DNA from: Rugosimonospora sp.
GTDB lineage: Bacteria > Actinomycetota > Actinomycetes > Mycobacteriales > Micromonosporaceae
Assembly (NCBI GenBank): GCA_035278125.1
Contig: DATEJJ010000852.1
Coordinates: 757 to 64,756 of the forward strand
Direction: 5' to 3'
DNA: 64,000 nucleotides
The notes below the pieces were generated by a model. That model was given only the letters and a program-made list of their open reading frames with translations. It was not told the DNA's origin and ran no database searches. Position 1 is the stretch's first letter, and each line of letters begins with the position of its first letter. Below, in pieces: positions 1 to 10,744 of the stretch. The translations under genes and the position numbers were made by a program.

Positions 1-173
1 TGGTCGATGAGCGAGACCGGCAAGCCCAGTGCGGCCAGCCCGACGGCGACGTTGTCCCCGGTCTGCCCGGCTCGACGCACGATGGCCGGCACCACGCAAC
101 TGTCGATCCCGGCGACCCCCAGCCTGGGTATGTATACCACCGTGTCGACACCCGTGCCGCCCAGCACGAGCAC
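1..173 (-). CDS. PfkB/ribokinase-family carbohydrate kinase, 5' fragment (gene runs off window start); AcbK-like by context
   Basis: Not in the ORF track (no stop in window). Manual minus-strand translation from GTG at 171-173 gives VLVLGGTGVDTVVYIPRLGVAGIDSCVVPAIVRRAGQTGDNVAVGLAALGLPVSLID. This has the PfkB N-terminal pattern (GG, G.N.A..LA.LG). It lies 7 nt downstream of the preceding GT stop on the same strand. Confidence 0.5.
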   Translation of the reverse strand, partial: MLVLGGTGVDTVVYIPRLGVAGIDSCVVPAIVRRAGQTGDNVAVGLAALGLPVSLID

Positions 174-180
174 CCGAGTG

Positions 181-2373
181 TCAGCCGTCATCCGCACCCA
201 CTCCGGAAGGATAACGGTCCCGCCGGCCGGCGACCCGGTGCGACCGGACCGGCACCATGTCCCAGGCGATACGTCCCGAGGCGAGCGTCAGCAGGAACAC
301 CAGATCCCGGGACTCGAAGCCCGGCGGCAGATCAGCCTCGAAGCCGCCGGGCCGCCGGGCCAGCGGACAGGTATACCGGTTGCCCCGGCCGGTATCGGGG
401 CCCTGTACCGAGTCGAGGATGAGATCCACCCGGTCGGCGTGCGGGAAGCGGTACGTGACCCGGTATCCGCCGCCGCCCGCTCGTACCCGGCACCGCTCCG
501 CCACCAGCGCGCGGGAGTCCGGGCCGGCCAGTTCCGCGAGCTCCGCACAGCGTTCGAAGTCGGCGCGGCGGTAGGCGGCGTCGAAGAGCCGCCGCACCGA
601 CGCGGCGTCGACCACGGCACAGCGTGCGTACACGTCCAGATCCCCGCGCTCCCGGGCCGCCTCGGCCACCCGGGCCCGCTGGGCCGTCCATCCGCTCTCA
701 CTGACCCGGTCGAACCAGCCGCTGTCGATGGCGAAGGCATCGGCCTCAGCACCCGCCCCGACCGGCGGCCCGGCGCGGAACCGCTCCAGGCGGCGCCCGG
801 CACACCGCTCCCACGTGAAGCTCCGGCCCACCTCCCGAGCGTTGCGCGACAACCGCCGGTAGGTCGCTGGGTCGTGCCGGAAAATGTCGACCGCGTGCTC
901 GATCGCGGTGACCAGGTTGGCGACCAGGCGCTCGTCCTTCGCCCGGAACGACCGTGGTACGGCGAAGCCGGTGGCCGCCGGATCCGACAGGGGCAGGGTG
1001 CAGCGGTAGTGGGTGAACGTCTGTTGGGCCGTGATGATGGGCACCGTGCCGCAGGCCATCGCCTCACCGAGCGCGATATGGAACGTGTCGAGTTCGAACT
1101 TGGACGGGAAAACGCAGAAGTCGGCCGCGGCGGCCTCATCGAAGAGGGCCTCCTCGTCGACCATGTTCCAGTCCAGGTACACGCGGCCCGGGTACCGGTC
1201 GGCGACCTCCTGGAAGTACGGGACGGCGGCCGAGGCGCGTACCGCGCCCGTGCCAACCGCGCACCGGATGACGAAGTTCAGGCCGGGGTCGTCGGCGAGA
1301 ACCCGATCCACCGCGCGCATGAGCTCGAACTGGCCCTTGTGGTTCTGGTCGAGGCGGGCCGCGTGGTAGAAGGTGGGGAGGCGCGCGTCCAGTCCACGCT
1401 CGGCGAGAACCCGGCTACGGTCCACTGTGGACGGATCGCGGGCCAGCCACCAGTCCGGCAGGGCACACCCGCCGACGAACTGCTTGTGGGCCGTCTCCTT
1501 GACGATGCGGGAGACGGTCCACCGCTCGAACCCGCGCTCCGACGGCGCGTCCCGGAAGGTGGAGTAGTACTGTCGCTGGCCCGGGGACAGGAAGTCGATG
1601 ATGTCGGTGTAGGCCGCCACCAGCGAGAAGTAGCAGGTGTAGTCGGGTCCGTAGTCAAACTGCCGGTAGGACGGGCGCAGGTAGTTGGCCATCGCGGTGT
1701 CCAGCGCGTCGCCCGGCGGCGGATCAGCGAACCGGTCGAGGTCGACGGTGGTGGAGAACATCCGCAGCAGGCGTTCGAGCTGCGGCCGGTACACCTTCTC
1801 GTTGATGGGTGAGTTGAGCGCGACGGTGCTGACGAGGGTACGGCCGGGCACACCACCCAGGACGGCTGGGAGCAGGTAGTGGTGGTAGGGCTCGTGGCAG
1901 TGTACGACCCCGGGCTCTCCGGCGAGCAGCCGCTCCACGAGGCGGACGGCGTCGACCTGGAACACCATCGGCTTGAAGTAGGCGAAATCGGTGCCGTGCG
2001 TCTCGTTGTCCGGGTAGAGCCGGTCGGGCAGCAGGTCGAGGTACTCGTTGGCCAGGAAGTAGATGTCCACGCCGTCCCGGCGGAGCAGGAATACCCGGGT
2101 GGACAAGGCGAGCGTCAACTCGACCGGATGGTCCGGCCACACCTTCGGATCGAGCACCAGCGGTACCGCGTGCGCTTCCCGGTACGGCAGTTCGCGCGCG
2201 CCGTACCGGTCCACCAGGTAGTCCGCGTGGCCGTGGGCCGGCGTGATCAGAGATACCCGGTGTCCGGTGGCCGCGTACTGCTGGGCCAGGTGCCACACGA
2301 GAGTGGCCGCACCGCCGCGCTTGAGCCGCCCGTCGAAGGCTATCGACTCGAAGGCGACCTTCACGATATGCAT
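181..2373 (-). CDS. Glycogen-synthase-like GT-B glycosyltransferase with ~230 aa C-terminal extension (AcbS/AcbI-like), paralog 1
   Basis: ORF 181..2532(-). Start moved to ATG 2373 (MHIVKVAFES), which matches the N-termini of paralogs 2 and 3. Motifs: HCHEPYHHY, FPSKFELDTF, GEAMACG. Overlaps the upstream gene stop by 13 nt. Confidence 0.85.
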   Translation of the reverse strand: MHIVKVAFESIAFDGRLKRGGAATLVWHLAQQYAATGHRVSLITPAHGHADYLVDRYGARELPYREAHAVPLVLDPKVWPDHPVELTLALSTRVFLLRRDGVDIYFLANEYLDLLPDRLYPDNETHGTDFAYFKPMVFQVDAVRLVERLLAGEPGVVHCHEPYHHYLLPAVLGGVPGRTLVSTVALNSPINEKVYRPQLERLLRMFSTTVDLDRFADPPPGDALDTAMANYLRPSYRQFDYGPDYTCYFSLVAAYTDIIDFLSPGQRQYYSTFRDAPSERGFERWTVSRIVKETAHKQFVGGCALPDWWLARDPSTVDRSRVLAERGLDARLPTFYHAARLDQNHKGQFELMRAVDRVLADDPGLNFVIRCAVGTGAVRASAAVPYFQEVADRYPGRVYLDWNMVDEEALFDEAAAADFCVFPSKFELDTFHIALGEAMACGTVPIITAQQTFTHYRCTLPLSDPAATGFAVPRSFRAKDERLVANLVTAIEHAVDIFRHDPATYRRLSRNAREVGRSFTWERCAGRRLERFRAGPPVGAGAEADAFAIDSGWFDRVSESGWTAQRARVAEAARERGDLDVYARCAVVDAASVRRLFDAAYRRADFERCAELAELAGPDSRALVAERCRVRAGGGGYRVTYRFPHADRVDLILDSVQGPDTGRGNRYTCPLARRPGGFEADLPPGFESRDLVFLLTLASGRIAWDMVPVRSHRVAGRRDRYPSGVGADDG

Positions 2374-3440
2374 GCGCGATCCCCCTCCGCGTCCGGATGG
2401 CTCCCCGGTTGCTGCACGCCCGGCCGCCCCGCCGCGCGCTGGCTCAGCAGGATCCGGGTGCCGGCCGCCACCCCGTGCCGGGCCAGGGACCTGACGGGCA
2501 CAAGCCGGTCCAGCCGGGTACTGGTCAGGCACGCGTTCACCGGCCGGCAGGCGTACCTGGTCTGCTCCCGCCGGACCGGCGCGACCAGATCACGGGATCG
2601 CCCCAGCGCCTGCCCGATCGCCACCGCCCAGCCGTACCGCGAGATCCGGTCCGGACCGCCGAGGTGAAGCGGCCCCGACGGCGGCGCGGGCAGCAGCGCG
2701 GCGATGACCCGCACCACATCGTCCACGAGCAGCGGGGTGTTCCAGTGGTCGTACGGCGCGGCCACCGGCTGTCCGCGCTCCAGTTGCTGGACGCAGTGGG
2801 CGAAGAAGTTCAGCCACTGCCCCCCGCCCGGCTGCCACCCGTAGACCGCGCTGGCCCGAAGGACGGTGACGCGGGCGGACCGCTCCCGCAGGATCTGCTC
2901 GGCGCCCAGCTTCGCGCGCCCGTATGCGTTGGCCGGGTGCGGGATGGCGGACTCGTCGTAGGTGTCCGCGTCGCCACGGAAGACGTTGTCGGTGGACACG
3001 CCGATGAAGTGGGCGGCGGGCACCGCCGCGACGAGGTTGGCGGCGGCCCGGGTGTGCGCGGCGAGCGCCTCCGCCGGATGCGACTGGCACCAGGTCACGT
3101 CGGAAGGGCCGTGGACCAGCACGACGGCGTCCGGCTGCGCGAGATCGGCGGCGGCGCGGCAGGCGGCGGCATCGGTGACGTCCAGCGCGAGCCAGGCCGG
3201 CGGCAGATCGGCCGAATCCTCCACAGTGGACGATCCGGCACCGGCCGGCCGGGTAGTGACCGGCCCCGCACTGACCGGCGCCACGCCGGACGGTCCCACA
3301 CTGGCCGGCGCCACGGCGGCCGGGCCGGGTTGCGAAACCGGTGGCCGACGGGAGCACATGACGGCCGGAATTCCGGTACCGGCCAGGTGGTGGGCCAGTG
3401 CCCCACCGATCAGCCCACTACCCGCGATCATGACCCGCAT
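2361..3440 (-). CDS. NAD(P)-dependent RmlD-like sugar/cyclitol reductase-epimerase (extended SDR) with P/A/V/G-rich insertion
   Basis: Rossmann motif [20 protein letters not shown] (YxxxK), and RmlD substrate-binding-like C-terminal half. Residues ~31-81 are a low-complexity insert. TGATG junction with the ROK gene. Confidence 0.8.
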   Translation of the reverse strand: MRVMIAGSGLIGGALAHHLAGTGIPAVMCSRRPPVSQPGPAAVAPASVGPSGVAPVSAGPVTTRPAGAGSSTVEDSADLPPAWLALDVTDAAACRAAADLAQPDAVVLVHGPSDVTWCQSHPAEALAAHTRAAANLVAAVPAAHFIGVSTDNVFRGDADTYDESAIPHPANAYGRAKLGAEQILRERSARVTVLRASAVYGWQPGGGQWLNFFAHCVQQLERGQPVAAPYDHWNTPLLVDDVVRVIAALLPAPPSGPLHLGGPDRISRYGWAVAIGQALGRSRDLVAPVRREQTRYACRPVNACLTSTRLDRLVPVRSLARHGVAAGTRILLSQRAAGRPGVQQPGSHPDAEGDRACIS

Positions 3441-4489
3441 CAGCCCGTCCTCACCGTCGATCCGCCACCCGGGACCGTGGGTTCCGGCTGCGGTTCCGGG
3501 GCGGCGGTCGTGATCCGGCCGGCGCCGATCAGCGCGTGGTCGTCGTCCGGCTCACCCAACTGGGCCATCCGCCGGATGCGTTCCGGCGGCAGCCCGAAGC
3601 AGCCACGCGCGTCGAGCTGTTCGGCGAGCAGGTCCACATAGGACTGGCCGATCGCCTGAGCGAACCCGCCGACGATCACGTAGTGGCAGATTCCGGCCGC
3701 GGTGAACAGCGCGGTGACGGCGGACGCGAGGTGGGCCAGCCCGGTGCGCAGCACGTCCAGGGCGAAGGCGTCGCCGCCGGCCACTGCGCGGGCCAGGCCG
3801 ACCGCGTCGATCTCGGCCTGCCGAGCCAGGACCGAGCGGCGAAACGGCCCTGGGTCCCGGACCGCACGGCGTCGCGCAAGGGCCACCGCGCCCCGCCCCG
3901 AGGCAATGCCCCCCAGGTGTCCCCGCCCACCGCACTCGCACGGCAGCGCGTCCGGCCCGGTGTCGCAGGTCCAGTGGCCCAGCTCACCGCCGATCCCGTC
4001 CGGATCCACCATGACGCGGCCGGCGTGCACAACCTTGTTGCCGATCCCGGAGCTGACGGTGATCAGGCAGAAGGGCTCGGGAACCCGGCCGAGGTAGCGC
4101 CACGCGGCGGCGGTCAGATCGTTGACGACGACCACCGGGGCGTCGAGCCGGTCGCGCAGTTCCGCGGTCAGCGGCACCGGTTCGGCCGGGCCGCCCCAGA
4201 TGGTGGGGGCCGCCGTGACGACGCCGCCGTCGGTGACCGGACCGGCGAAGGCGACGACGATCTCGGCCGGATCACGCGGACCGGTCCGGATCCGCTCAAT
4301 CTCCCGGCCGATCTGGGCCACCACCCGCTCCTGCAGCACCGCTGCCGGGTCGTCCGGGTGGCGCGCCATGCCCTCAACGGGTACCCGGCGGACCTCCGAC
4401 AAGCGGCCCGTGTGCCTTTCGTAGCGCGCGGTGCGCAGCGTGGTTCCGCCGACGTCGAGCACGATGCGGTTGGCGGGAGAGGGCCTCAT
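3440..4489 (-). CDS. ROK-family kinase (AcbM/ValC-like C7-cyclitol kinase candidate)
   Basis: ORF 3440..4753(-). Start set at ATG 4489 ([19 protein letters not shown]), in an ATGA overlap with the upstream stop. Motifs: [27 protein letters not shown] (ROK Cys motif). Confidence 0.85.
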   Translation of the reverse strand: MRPSPANRIVLDVGGTTLRTARYERHTGRLSEVRRVPVEGMARHPDDPAAVLQERVVAQIGREIERIRTGPRDPAEIVVAFAGPVTDGGVVTAAPTIWGGPAEPVPLTAELRDRLDAPVVVVNDLTAAAWRYLGRVPEPFCLITVSSGIGNKVVHAGRVMVDPDGIGGELGHWTCDTGPDALPCECGGRGHLGGIASGRGAVALARRRAVRDPGPFRRSVLARQAEIDAVGLARAVAGGDAFALDVLRTGLAHLASAVTALFTAAGICHYVIVGGFAQAIGQSYVDLLAEQLDARGCFGLPPERIRRMAQLGEPDDDHALIGAGRITTAAPEPQPEPTVPGGGSTVRTG

Positions 4490-5589
4490 ACCGGCACCGC
4501 CGCTCCGGCGACCGGGGCCACCACACCGGCCTCGGTCACGATGGCGGACTCCACCACGGCACCGGGGCCGATCCGCGCACCGGGCAGCAGCACCGCGTCG
4601 CGGACGTGGGCGCCGGCGCCAATGCGTACCCCCGGAAAGGCCACGCTCGTCGCCAGTAGCCCGTCGTTGACCAGATCCGCCGGCACAATGCTGCGCTCCA
4701 CCCCGGGCGCCTTGCGCACGAAGCCCCGCGCCACCGCCGGAGCGACCAGGCACGGCATCTCGCCCAGAGTCATCGTCGGTGGGTCGGACACCAACGACAG
4801 GTGCGCCCGGTGGTACCGCTGCACCGTGCCGATGTCCGCCCAGTAGCCGCGTACCTCGTACCCCCGGATCAACTCGCCCCCGGCGAGCATGGCGGGAATC
4901 ACATCATGGCTGACGTCGTGCTGCCAGCCGGTACCGTCGAGCAGTTCCAGGTAGCGCCGCAGGATCGCGGCGTCGAATACGCAGAACGCCGCGAACACCA
5001 GGTCCGAGGTGACCGTCCGGGGCTTCTCCTCGAACCGGGTCAGCACGCCGTCCGGCCCGAACTCCACCATGCCGAACAGGTGGACGTACCGCCGCTCGAT
5101 GCGCTGGAAGGTGAGGGTGAGCGCGGCCCCGCTGTCCCGGTGGGTCCGGATCAGGTCGCGGTAGTCGAACGAGTAGACGTGGTCGGCGTGCAGCAGGAGC
5201 ACCTCCGTGACATCGGGCTGGAAGATGTACGCACCCTTGCGGATGAGCGCGTCAGCGGTACCGCGCTCGGGCGGGCCGGCGGGCGGGGCGGGCGCCGGTA
5301 CCGAGGCGTCCCGGGCCGCCCGGCGGTAGGCCGCGTCGTACGGTCCGAAGTGGACCCGGAAGCCGGGGCGCCACCACACCCGGAACAGGTCGTCCATGAG
5401 CTCGCGCTCCTCATGCTGCGAGAGCAGCAGTACCTCGCTGAAGCCTGAATTCCAGGCGTTGGCGATGCTGAAGTCGACGAGCCGGCAGGACCCCCCGAAA
5501 GGGATCAGCGGCTTGAGGCGCCCCGCGCCGAGTTGAGCCATGCGGGTACCCGCGCCCCCCGCCAGCAGTACCGCCCGCACGTCACCCAC
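4486..5589 (-). CDS. GlgC-like sugar/cyclitol-1-phosphate nucleotidyltransferase (AcbR/ValB-like)
   Basis: N-terminal [13 protein letters not shown]-transferase loop, GTADAL, and C-terminal left-handed beta-helix repeats ([26 protein letters not shown]). GTG start overlaps the GT2 stop by 8 nt. Confidence 0.85.
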   Translation of the reverse strand: MGDVRAVLLAGGAGTRMAQLGAGRLKPLIPFGGSCRLVDFSIANAWNSGFSEVLLLSQHEERELMDDLFRVWWRPGFRVHFGPYDAAYRRAARDASVPAPAPPAGPPERGTADALIRKGAYIFQPDVTEVLLLHADHVYSFDYRDLIRTHRDSGAALTLTFQRIERRYVHLFGMVEFGPDGVLTRFEEKPRTVTSDLVFAAFCVFDAAILRRYLELLDGTGWQHDVSHDVIPAMLAGGELIRGYEVRGYWADIGTVQRYHRAHLSLVSDPPTMTLGEMPCLVAPAVARGFVRKAPGVERSIVPADLVNDGLLATSVAFPGVRIGAGAHVRDAVLLPGARIGPGAVVESAIVTEAGVVAPVAGAAVPV

Positions 5590-7702
5590 GGGTCACCACA
5601 TCCCAGGCCACGCGCCCGCTGTCGAGGGTCAGCAGGAAGCACAGCGGCGACCCGTCCGGCGGATCCGGAAGGGTGGCGGTGAACGCGTCTCCATCGCGAC
5701 CCAGGGTCAGCACCTGAGCCCCGTCACCGATCCCCTGGAATACCAGCTCGACCCGCTGCGCGCTGGCCATGCGGTACCGCAGCCGGCGGGATGCTCCACT
5801 GTGGACGATCTCCAGCCGGTTCCGCACCGCGCTGAGCAACGGGAGCCGGGTTCCAACCGGTGCCTCCGACGCGATGGTCTCGCAGGCCGCGAAGTCGGCC
5901 CGCGCGTAGGCCGCGTCGAACAGCCGCCGCGCGGACTCCGGCGTCAGCGGCTGGCACCGGGTGAACGCCCGCACGTCGCCCCGGGCGAGCGCCCGCTCGG
6001 CGATGTCGGCGGCCCGGCTCCGCCAGCCGGCGGCGGAGACGCGGTCGAACCAACCGTTACGCAGTGCCGTGTCATCGCCGAGCACGGGGCGGCGCCCGTC
6101 GTGCACCTCCTGGAATGCGGCCAGGTGCTGCCGCGCGCAGCGTTCCCAGGTGAACTGCCGGGCGGTCCTGGCGGCGTTGCCGGACAGCCGGCGGTACTCG
6201 TCGGGCTGCTCGCGCCGCAGTCGCACCGCCGCGCGCATCGCCGCCGCCAGATCGTCGACGAGGATCGGGGCGTCCTCGGCAAAGGCGCGCGTGAGCGCGA
6301 ACCCGGTGGCCGAGTCCCGGTCCGGTCCGTGGTGCGGATCGGGGACGTGGCCGAAGTGAGCCATGCCCTCCTGGGCGGTGGCGATCGGCACCGCGCCGCA
6401 GGCCATTGCCTCCCCCTGTGCGATGAGGAACGTGTCCATCTCGTACTTGGACGGGAAAACGCAGTAGTCGGCGCTGGCCGCGTAGCCGAAGATGCGGTCC
6501 TCGGGAACCTGGTGCCATTCCAGATAGACCCGACCGGGGTACCGGCGGGCCACCTCGTGGAAGTAGGGGTCGTCGATGCCCGCCGGGGCCAGGCAACGGA
6601 TGATGAAGTTGGCCGCCAGGCCATCACCGAGCACCCGGTCAACCGCCCGCATCAACTCCCGCTGGCCCTTGTGCTCGACCGCGTAGCGGGCGTTGTGGAA
6701 GAACGTCACCCGGTCAGGCGCCAGCCCGAGCTCCGCGCGTACCGCCGCGCGGTCCACGGTGGACGGATCGGTGGACAGCCAGCGGTCGGACAGCGCGCAG
6801 CCGCCGACGAAGAACTTGTGTGCGTTGCGGGCCACCACGTCCGACACCGCGAGCCGGGTGAACAGCGCCTCGAACGGGGTATCGGCGAACGTCGAGTAGA
6901 AGTGCAGCTGGCCGGGCGACAGGAAGTCCACCAGGTCGGCGTGCTCGGCTACCAGGGCGAAGATGTTCACGTACTCCGGCGGGTACTCGTAGTGCAGGTG
7001 GGTGCGGCGCTGGTACCGGCTCATCGCGGCGTTCGCGGGGCCGTCCGGTACCGGGTCGGCGGCCGGCAGTTCGACCTTCACGTCGAGGGCGGCCAGCAGC
7101 GACTCGACCTCCCGGCGGTACACCATCTTGGTGATGGGCATGTTGCTCTGCACGGTGCTGGCGACAACCGTGTCGGGGTCGTCACGGAAGGCCGCCGGTA
7201 CCAGGTAATGGTAGAAGGGTTCGTGCGTGTGGATGACCGCGCGCTCGCCGCGGAACTGGTGCCGCATGAACCGCACACTGTCCACCTGGAACACCAGCGG
7301 CTTGAAGAACACCAGATCCCGGCCCTTGGTGTGGTACGGCGGGTAGAACGTGTCCGGCAGCCGGTCGAGCATGTCGTTGGACAGGAAGTACAGGTCCACC
7401 CCCTCGATCGTGACGCGGTGCGCCGTCGTCCGCAGCGGGATATCGACGGTCTCGGGGTAGTCCCGCCACACCCGCCGATCGAGTGGGATGGTCACCGTGT
7501 GTACGCCGTCGAACGGCACAGGCGTGACCGTGTGGTACCGGCGCAGATCCTCCAGCCGGCCGTGTGCCGGGGCGACAACGCTCACCCGGTGCCCTGCGGC
7601 GGCCATCGAACGGGAGAGATTCCACAGGTACACGGAGGTGCCCCCCTGAACCAGCCGGTGGTCGAACCCGCCGACGTCGAAGTAGTGCTCGATGATGTGC
7701 AT
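5582..7702 (-). CDS. Glycogen-synthase-like GT-B glycosyltransferase with C-terminal extension, paralog 2
   Basis: ORF 5582..7867(-). Start set at ATG 7702 ([17 protein letters not shown]). Motifs: [26 protein letters not shown]. The C-terminal [11 protein letters not shown]...[14 protein letters not shown] is conserved with paralogs 1 and 3. Confidence 0.85.
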   Translation of the reverse strand: MHIIEHYFDVGGFDHRLVQGGTSVYLWNLSRSMAAAGHRVSVVAPAHGRLEDLRRYHTVTPVPFDGVHTVTIPLDRRVWRDYPETVDIPLRTTAHRVTIEGVDLYFLSNDMLDRLPDTFYPPYHTKGRDLVFFKPLVFQVDSVRFMRHQFRGERAVIHTHEPFYHYLVPAAFRDDPDTVVASTVQSNMPITKMVYRREVESLLAALDVKVELPAADPVPDGPANAAMSRYQRRTHLHYEYPPEYVNIFALVAEHADLVDFLSPGQLHFYSTFADTPFEALFTRLAVSDVVARNAHKFFVGGCALSDRWLSTDPSTVDRAAVRAELGLAPDRVTFFHNARYAVEHKGQRELMRAVDRVLGDGLAANFIIRCLAPAGIDDPYFHEVARRYPGRVYLEWHQVPEDRIFGYAASADYCVFPSKYEMDTFLIAQGEAMACGAVPIATAQEGMAHFGHVPDPHHGPDRDSATGFALTRAFAEDAPILVDDLAAAMRAAVRLRREQPDEYRRLSGNAARTARQFTWERCARQHLAAFQEVHDGRRPVLGDDTALRNGWFDRVSAAGWRSRAADIAERALARGDVRAFTRCQPLTPESARRLFDAAYARADFAACETIASEAPVGTRLPLLSAVRNRLEIVHSGASRRLRYRMASAQRVELVFQGIGDGAQVLTLGRDGDAFTATLPDPPDGSPLCFLLTLDSGRVAWDVVTRG

Positions 7703-7727
7703 CGATGTCCTCCACGCCCCATGCCTG

Positions 7728-9032
7728 TTAGCTGACTCCCGCCTCGCGGCCGGCCAGTCCGATCGCGCGATCCAGCCGGTCCAACCCCTCCTCCAGCACC
7801 TCCTCCGGCACGTTGAACGGTGGGGCCAGGCGGATGACGTTGCCGCCGAAGGCAACGCGGACGCCACCGTCGAGCGCGGCGCGGTACACCCGCCGGGCGA
7901 GATCCGGGGCCGGCGCGCGGGTACGCCGGTCAGTGACGAACTCCAGGCCGTACAGCAACCCCAGCCCGCGCACGTCGCCCAGCCCGGAATGCTTGTCCCG
8001 CAACGCGTGCAGCCGCTCGGCGAGCCGGCCGGCCAGGGCGTTCACCCGGTCGATCAGCCGGTCCCGCTCGACGACCCGCAGGGTGGCCTCGGCCACGGCG
8101 ATGCCCAGCGGGTTGCCGCCGTAGGTCGACGCGGTGGACCCGGCGACCGCCGCCGCCCCGGCCAGCGGTTCCGACCGGCCGGCGAGGACCGCGAAGGGGA
8201 AGCCGGAGCCGAGCCCCTTGGCCAGCGTCACCAGGTCGGGCTCGATGCCGAACCGCTCGCTGGCCAGGAACGTGCCGGTACGCCCGCCACCCGTGAGCAC
8301 CTCGTCGGCGATCAGCAGGACGCCGTTGGCGCGGCAGGCGTCCTGAATCAGTTCCCAGTAGCCCGGAGGCGGCACGATAACCCCGGCCGCGCCGAGTACC
8401 GGCTCGAAGAACAGCGCGCTGATGTTGGGTTTCTCCGCGATGTGCCGGCGGACCAGCTTCGCGCACCGCAGTTCGCACGAGGGGTACGTGAGGTCGAGTG
8501 GACAGCGGTAGCAGTACGGCGCATAGCCGAGCACGCTGTTGCCGGCGAGCGCCTGGTTGCCGATGTCCCAGTGCACCAGCATCCGGGCGCCCTGCGTTTT
8601 CCCGTGGAAGCCGTGGCGCAGCGCGCCGACCCGGTTGCGCCCGGGCGCCGCGCTCGCGAGTACCACGCGCAGCGCGGCCTCCACCACCTCGGCGCCGGTG
8701 CTGAAGAAGCTCAGCGTGTGCAGGTACGGCGGGAGCATCCGGGCCAGGGTGCGGCACAACTCGGCCCGGCCGGTGGTGGCGCTGTCATGGACATTCCACA
8801 GGCGCGCCGCTTGCCGGGTCAGGGCCTCGACGACCTCCGGATGGCAGTGCCCGACGGACTGGGTCAGGGTGCCCGCCGCGAGATCGATGTACTGGTTGCC
8901 ATCCAGGTCGGTCAGGATGGCACCCTGGCCCCGGTCGAACACCCGCTGCCCGGCGGTCGTCTCCTCGGAGGCGCCGGGCGCGAGATACGGTGCCTCGGCG
9001 CGCAGGGCGTCGCGCTGGCGTTCAGCCGTCAT
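7728..9032 (-). CDS. Class-III (GabT-like) PLP aminotransferase (AcbV/ValM-like)
   Basis: Motifs: DEVLTGGGRTG, TLAKGLGSG (Schiff-base Lys), STYGGNPLG. ATG 9032 preferred. A GTG at 9050 is the alternative start. Confidence 0.85.
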   Translation of the reverse strand: MTAERQRDALRAEAPYLAPGASEETTAGQRVFDRGQGAILTDLDGNQYIDLAAGTLTQSVGHCHPEVVEALTRQAARLWNVHDSATTGRAELCRTLARMLPPYLHTLSFFSTGAEVVEAALRVVLASAAPGRNRVGALRHGFHGKTQGARMLVHWDIGNQALAGNSVLGYAPYCYRCPLDLTYPSCELRCAKLVRRHIAEKPNISALFFEPVLGAAGVIVPPPGYWELIQDACRANGVLLIADEVLTGGGRTGTFLASERFGIEPDLVTLAKGLGSGFPFAVLAGRSEPLAGAAAVAGSTASTYGGNPLGIAVAEATLRVVERDRLIDRVNALAGRLAERLHALRDKHSGLGDVRGLGLLYGLEFVTDRRTRAPAPDLARRVYRAALDGGVRVAFGGNVIRLAPPFNVPEEVLEEGLDRLDRAIGLAGREAGVS

Positions 9033-10629
9033 GGGCCGCCCGGTCCTCACCGGCCGCCTCGAAGACCAGAAGCTCCAAGGGTACCGTCGAGTCGTTCCGC
9101 AGCCCGTGCTCGCCGAACGGCCCGTTGACGATCACGTCGCCGGCCCGTACCGGGAACTCCTCACCATCCACGCTCATCATCCCCTGGCCCCGCAGCACGA
9201 TGTACGTCTCCTGGTCGTCACCGTGCCGGTGCCGGCCGATGGAGCTGGCCGGCGGAATGGTCACCAGATCGATGAAGGCCACCGGCGCCAGACCGGCCAG
9301 CCGGTCGTACGCCCGGTGGACGCGGATCGGCCCGTCGCCACCGTGGTCGCCGTACACGGCCCGCATCAGATCGTCGTACACGTTGCCGCGCCGGGGTTCC
9401 GGCCGACCGGAGGACACGGCACCGGTCGCCGGCCCCGGGACGGATGGACTGACTCCCGGCGCCCCCGCCGCCCCCGATCGCCCGCGCAGCGCGGCCAACG
9501 CCTCCTCCAGCACCGGCAGCGGCAGGTCCTCCAACGATTCCACGAAGACGGTCTTGCCCAGCGCCGACGGCAGAACGAGGTTGAGCCGGCGACCGCGCCG
9601 CTCCCAGGCCGCCGTCAACGCCCGCCGCATGAACTCCGGCGTACAGGTCTGCGGGTCGAACACGGGCAGCCCGAGCCGGGCGATCAGGTCGACGATCCGC
9701 TCGCACTCCCCGGCCGGGCAGACACCGATCACCCGGGCGATGTGGCTGGAGATGGCCATGTCGATCGCGACCGACTCGCCGTGCGCGACCCGGTACCCGC
9801 TGGCGGTCTCGATGACGGGCCCGAAGGTGTGCCCGAAGTCCACGATCCGCGCGAGGTCCGTCTCGCACAGGTTGTCGCACAGTTCGTCGAGCATCAGCCG
9901 GATCGCGGTTCGGCTGACGCGGCGCCCGACCTCTCCCCCACGATCGCTCATCGGGTGCTGCAGCGCGTGGGCGTTCTCGTCGATGACGCGGAAGAGCTCC
10001 TCGTCGCGGATGACCGCCATCTTGACGATCTCCGCCAGCCCACACCGCGTCTCCCGGAGGGGCAGCGTGGCGAGGAAGGACATGTCGTTGAGTGACGCGT
10101 CGGGAGCGTGGTAGGCGCCGAGCATGTTCTTGGCCCCCACGCCGTTGACGCCGGTCTTCACGCCCACCCCGGCGTCCACCTGCGCGACCAGCGTCGTGTT
10201 GATTTTGACGTACGAAACGCCCCGCGCATAGATGGACGCGGCGAAACCCACCACGTCGCTGACCACACCGCCGCCGAACGCCATCATCACGCCGTGCCGG
10301 TCGAGGCCGAACCGCTTCGCGAACGCGCAGGTACGTTCGACATTGGCCAGCGTCTTGTTCGCCTCGCCGCTCGGTACCTCCGTCATGGTCCAGTCGCCCG
10401 GCTCCAGGTGCGCACCGAGATACTCGCGAAGCTGCCGGCCGTACAGCCGGTCGACCGTCGGGCTGACGAACGCGCACAACCGGCGGCCGCCAATGTAGTT
10501 GGCCAGCAGAGGGTTCTCCGGTGCGAGAATCCGTTCGCCCAGATCGACGCGGTACGAGATGCCTTCGGGCGAGCGGAGGGTGAACCATCCCTCTTCCTCG
10601 ACAACGGCGGACGTGATGCTTCGAGTCAT
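9022..10629 (-). CDS. Sedoheptulose-7-phosphate cyclase (2-epi-5-epi-valiolone synthase-like, DHQS superfamily) fused to a C-terminal metal-binding cupin
   Basis: ORF 9022..10701(-). Start set at ATG 10629 (MTRSITSAVV). DHQS-like motifs: GGGVVSDVVGFAASIY, DFGHTFGPVIE, HGESVAIDM. After an A/G/P/S linker come cupin motif 1 (GRHRHGDDQETYIVLRGQG) and motif 2 (GDVIVNGPFGEHGLRN). Confidence 0.85.
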   Translation of the reverse strand: MTRSITSAVVEEEGWFTLRSPEGISYRVDLGERILAPENPLLANYIGGRRLCAFVSPTVDRLYGRQLREYLGAHLEPGDWTMTEVPSGEANKTLANVERTCAFAKRFGLDRHGVMMAFGGGVVSDVVGFAASIYARGVSYVKINTTLVAQVDAGVGVKTGVNGVGAKNMLGAYHAPDASLNDMSFLATLPLRETRCGLAEIVKMAVIRDEELFRVIDENAHALQHPMSDRGGEVGRRVSRTAIRLMLDELCDNLCETDLARIVDFGHTFGPVIETASGYRVAHGESVAIDMAISSHIARVIGVCPAGECERIVDLIARLGLPVFDPQTCTPEFMRRALTAAWERRGRRLNLVLPSALGKTVFVESLEDLPLPVLEEALAALRGRSGAAGAPGVSPSVPGPATGAVSSGRPEPRRGNVYDDLMRAVYGDHGGDGPIRVHRAYDRLAGLAPVAFIDLVTIPPASSIGRHRHGDDQETYIVLRGQGMMSVDGEEFPVRAGDVIVNGPFGEHGLRNDSTVPLELLVFEAAGEDRAAHDG

Positions 10630-10744
10630 CGATAGCTTCCCCTGACAGCCCATTGAGTGGTGCGGTGGAGAACGCAGGCGAAACACCGCGCGCACAGGCA
10701 TCGCTGTATGCGCGTACCGTCATGGTGTATTCGCTGTTGCTCTG

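Noticed and set aside
7-1812. 601-aa plus-strand ORF
   Set aside because: It is antisense to GT paralog 1. The translation is R/G/P/A-rich with no motifs, a typical shadow ORF in high-GC DNA. The minus-strand frame carries clear GT motifs.
5540-7735. 731-aa plus-strand ORF
   Set aside because: It is antisense shadow of GT paralog 2, with the same compositional signature (R, G, P, V, H rich) and no recognisable domain.
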